A stretch of 64,000 nt of DNA from Symbiobacteriaceae bacterium. GTDB lineage: Bacteria; Bacillota; Sulfobacillia; Symbiobacteriales; Symbiobacteriaceae. The stretch lies in NCBI GenBank assembly GCA_035298385.1, contig DATGYC010000244.1:1751-65750 (forward strand), given 5' to 3'. A model generated the notes under the pieces. That model was not told where the DNA came from. It was given only the letters and a program-made list of their open reading frames with translations, and did no database searches. Positions 61,519 to 64,000 of this stretch are shown here, piece after piece (position 1 is the first letter of the stretch; each line of letters begins with the position of its first letter). Both the position numbers and the translations under genes were made by a program.

Positions 61519-62646
61519 TTAGTCGCCAAAGCCAGGAGTCTGGGTCGTGCGGGCGGTAGCTGCCTGAGGCTTCTGCGGCGCCAGATGCGCCGGCCAGGGC
61601 ACCTCGAACGGTTTCGCTTCGAGCTTGTTGGCCGTCATGCCGTAACCGAGCGTCGGATAGGCGACACCCGTCTTGATGTCGACGAGTTCGGTAGAGTTGT
61701 GATAGACCCGCGGGGTCTTCCAGATCAGGACCATCGCCTTCCAGAGCGACAGCTCATGGTACTGGCCCGGGAAATGCTTCTTCAACTCAGCCTTGACCAG
61801 GGGTGCCCACTTGGCGCTCATACCCGGGTAGAGGTGGTGCTCCGTATGGTAGGAGAAGTTGAAGTGCAGGACATCCACCCAGCGCGGCACCGCCACCGAG
61901 AGGGAGTTGGCCAGGGGGTCGTTGATCTCGGTGTGCGGGTTCAGGTGGTGGTTGGTGGTGATGTAGGTGATGACCGTGAAGTTGGAGAGGGCAGCCGGCA
62001 CCAGGAAGATCCAGAACCAAGCGACCGGCCCGACTACCGGAAGGACGGCAAGCCAGAAGAGGTAGGGGACGACCGCCTGGCGGACCATGGTGCGGCGCTC
62101 GGCTGGGGTCGACTCCGGCCAGAACTCCTTCAGCTTCAGGATGCAGAAGACGGAGAAGAAGCCCAAGAACGAGACGAAGAGGATGCTGGACCGAACCCAC
62201 TGGGGCATCCGGTTGAAGGCCTGTAGGCCGGGCTTCTGGAAGAGTTCATCCAACGTGGCCATGGCGTCTGGGTCATCATGCGGGTGCTGGGTGTGGGCGT
62301 GGTGGGTCATGTTGTGCCACTTGCGCCAGAGGAGCGGACCGAGGCCGAAGTGCGAGAAGAAGAGGGCGCCCAAGGTGTCGCGTAGCCGGGCGTTCTTGAC
62401 GATGTGCCCGTGCATGATCTCATGGCTGAGGAAGCCGAGGCCGGAGAGCGCCTGGCCCATCAGGAAGGAGAGCGGGAGGCAGTAGTACCAGGGCAACCCC
62501 TTGGCGATCAGGACGGCACTGGCAATGAAGAAGACGGTGTAGGCCAGACCGCCGAGCAGGCGGATCGGCGCAGCCTTAAACGCCTCCTTGGGCAGGTTCG
62601 GCGTTACCTTCTTGGTGTAGTAGCTGGCAGTATGGAGGTCTTGCAT
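61519..62646 (-). CDS. Membrane fatty-acid desaturase
   Basis: 375 aa. Three His boxes: HEIMHGH, HNMTHHAHTQH, HTEHHLYP. Confidence 0.9.
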   Translation of the reverse strand: MQDLHTASYYTKKVTPNLPKEAFKAAPIRLLGGLAYTVFFIASAVLIAKGLPWYYCLPLSFLMGQALSGLGFLSHEIMHGHIVKNARLRDTLGALFFSHFGLGPLLWRKWHNMTHHAHTQHPHDDPDAMATLDELFQKPGLQAFNRMPQWVRSSILFVSFLGFFSVFCILKLKEFWPESTPAERRTMVRQAVVPYLFWLAVLPVVGPVAWFWIFLVPAALSNFTVITYITTNHHLNPHTEINDPLANSLSVAVPRWVDVLHFNFSYHTEHHLYPGMSAKWAPLVKAELKKHFPGQYHELSLWKAMVLIWKTPRVYHNSTELVDIKTGVAYPTLGYGMTANKLEAKPFEVPWPAHLAPQKPQAATARTTQTPGFGD

Positions 62647-62991
62647 GTTGGTTGGACCCCTCCTTGTTCGTGGTCATTTCGTGTTACTACCAGCGTACCC
62701 CGGCGTGAGATCGGTCACATCTCACCGGGGAGCAACGCCAAAAGGCAGAGGGGGGTCCCTCTGCCTTCGTCATCTGTGCCTGTAGGTATGGGCCAGATGG
62801 ACCACTCTCGCAAAAAACCGGAATTCTCGGTCACATAACTTTGGTCCCATGTTCTTTTGCAGATGGTATGATATTGTTCTATATAACTATTTGAATTTAT
62901 GTTATGTTAATTTTATCGCAATAGTCCAGCTAGTTGTGCTGGTCTCTGCTCTGTTCGTATACTTTTGCTGTTACCCTTGGAGGTTAGGTAC

Positions 62992-63585
62992 TTGAGAATT
63001 GTCATCTTCTCTACCCTGCTAGCTGTCGTGTTAATCACGTACGGATGTAGTGCCATAAAGGTGCCATCGTCTGAGAGCGGTGACTCTTCCTCGAGAATGT
63101 CTGAAGAGACACCATCAACTTCCCCATCCACCCCGCAGCCCTCGCCAAACCCACCCAGTGGTACAAATAGTGAGGATGCAATTCGAATGGCTCAAGAAGT
63201 GCGTGCCCTAGACGAGAGCGACCTCGTTCTTGGCTGTCTAAAGCTTGGTCAGTCGCTCGAAAAGGCAAAAGTCTCATGTACCGAGACTAAATTAGATGGC
63301 GAGACCCTGTTCCTGAGTCCTCGTCTGGAGGGATTTGCTCTGATCCACCAGGGACAGGTGGGGGCCATCACTCTAAAAGCAACATCGGAGGGTGCCTCAG
63401 GACGTGGCATCAGGGTTGGTGATACATTGGCTGCATTGCTCGAAGCGTATGGGCGTCCTAATCAAACGGTTGGCGGGAAATTATTCTATAGATCAACACA
63501 GGGTGATCTGGTCATTGTTGTTCAGCTAGATCCGAGCGGGGCAGTCTATTCGCTTTCTTTAGGTGGATCTCTAGGTAGTAAGTAG
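62992..63585 (+). CDS. Hypothetical lipoprotein (A/T-richer gene)
   Basis: TTG at 62992 lies 7 nt after GGAGGT (the tracked ORF starts at 62965). Lipobox ITYGCS. Ser/Pro-rich linker followed by a globular C-domain. Confidence 0.55.
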   Translation: MRIVIFSTLLAVVLITYGCSAIKVPSSESGDSSSRMSEETPSTSPSTPQPSPNPPSGTNSEDAIRMAQEVRALDESDLVLGCLKLGQSLEKAKVSCTETKLDGETLFLSPRLEGFALIHQGQVGAITLKATSEGASGRGIRVGDTLAALLEAYGRPNQTVGGKLFYRSTQGDLVIVVQLDPSGAVYSLSLGGSLGSK

Positions 63586-63609
63586 TTCCTCATGCTCTTA
63601 GTCTAAATA

Positions 63610-63641
63610 GAACAGGCGCCCCCGTTCGAGGGCGCCTGTTC
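63610..63641. terminator. Bidirectional terminator (GGCGCC-cored)
   Basis: 12-bp stem GAACAGGCGCCC / GGGCGCCTGTTC between convergent genes. Confidence 0.7.
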
Positions 63642-63646
63642 TGTGT

Positions 63647-64000
63647 TCAAACCAAGCCTAATTCCTGTGCAATCAGGATCGCCTGCACCCGGTCCCGGGC
63701 GCCCAGCTTGCTGAAGATCGCCCGGACGTGGTGCTTGACCGTCCCCAGCCCGATGTAGAGTTTGGAGGCGATATCCTGGTTCGAGGCGCCCGATGCCAGG
63801 AGTTGAAGTACTTCCTGCTCCCGGTCGGTCAGCGGCTCGGAGAGGGCTGCCACCGGCTTCGCGGGCTTTGCCGGGGCTTGCCCCGCTAGCCGCCCGAACT
63901 CCTTCAGGACCCGGAGGGTTACCTGGGGCTGGAGGAGCGCCTCCCCCTTCGCCACCACCCGAATCGCCTGGGAGAGTTCATCGTACTCGGCATCCTTCAG
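63647..64000 (-). CDS. NarL/FixJ-type response regulator, C-terminal part (gene runs off the right edge)
   Basis: LuxR HTH LTDREQEVLQLLASGASNQDIASKLYIGLGTVKHHVRAIFSKLGARDR. The reading frame stays open to position 64000. Confidence 0.8.
   Translation of the reverse strand: MKDAEYDELSQAIRVVAKGEALLQPQVTLRVLKEFGRLAGQAPAKPAKPVAALSEPLTDREQEVLQLLASGASNQDIASKLYIGLGTVKHHVRAIFSKLGARDRVQAILIAQELGLV

Overview
High-GC, Bacillota-type chromosome segment with almost all genes on the minus strand. It carries the conserved core cluster in Bacillus-like order: ctsR-mcsA-mcsB-clpC, radA-disA, yacL-ispD-ispF, T-box-cysE-cysS-mrnC-rlmB, sigH, rpmG-tRNA(Trp)-secE-nusG-rplKAJL-rpoBC and L7Ae-rpsL. The right half holds housekeeping and respiratory genes: an EF-G paralog, a b6/subunit IV/Rieske/dihaem cytochrome c operon, a cupredoxin, greA, a MATE pump, dusB and a desaturase. 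The clearest accessory feature is a ~6 kb A/T-richer island inserted at tRNA-Thr(UGU) between rpmG and sigH. It is bounded by a perfect 45-nt direct repeat of the tRNA 3' part. It carries two tyrosine recombinases (one Cre-like), a three-gene membrane/TM-GAF/small-protein operon of unknown function, and a 1.2 kb ORF-poor, CTAG-dense stretch. Other candidates for novelty: a translationally coupled pair of full-length paralogs (unknown N-domain, coiled coil, DUF2325-like C-domain) at 59.1-61.5 kb; in-frame hairpin-forming tandem repeats inside an AlkZ/YcaQ-like gene, with an extra copy upstream; an unannotated 49-codon gene in an A/T-rich insert between rplA and rplJ; a ~160-residue acidic/Arg-rich RpoB tail; and a fused two-domain ThyX-like protein. 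The many long plus-strand ORFs antisense to rpoC, rpoB, clpC and others are high-GC artefacts. All calls come from reading the sequence and translations by eye; no searches were run.
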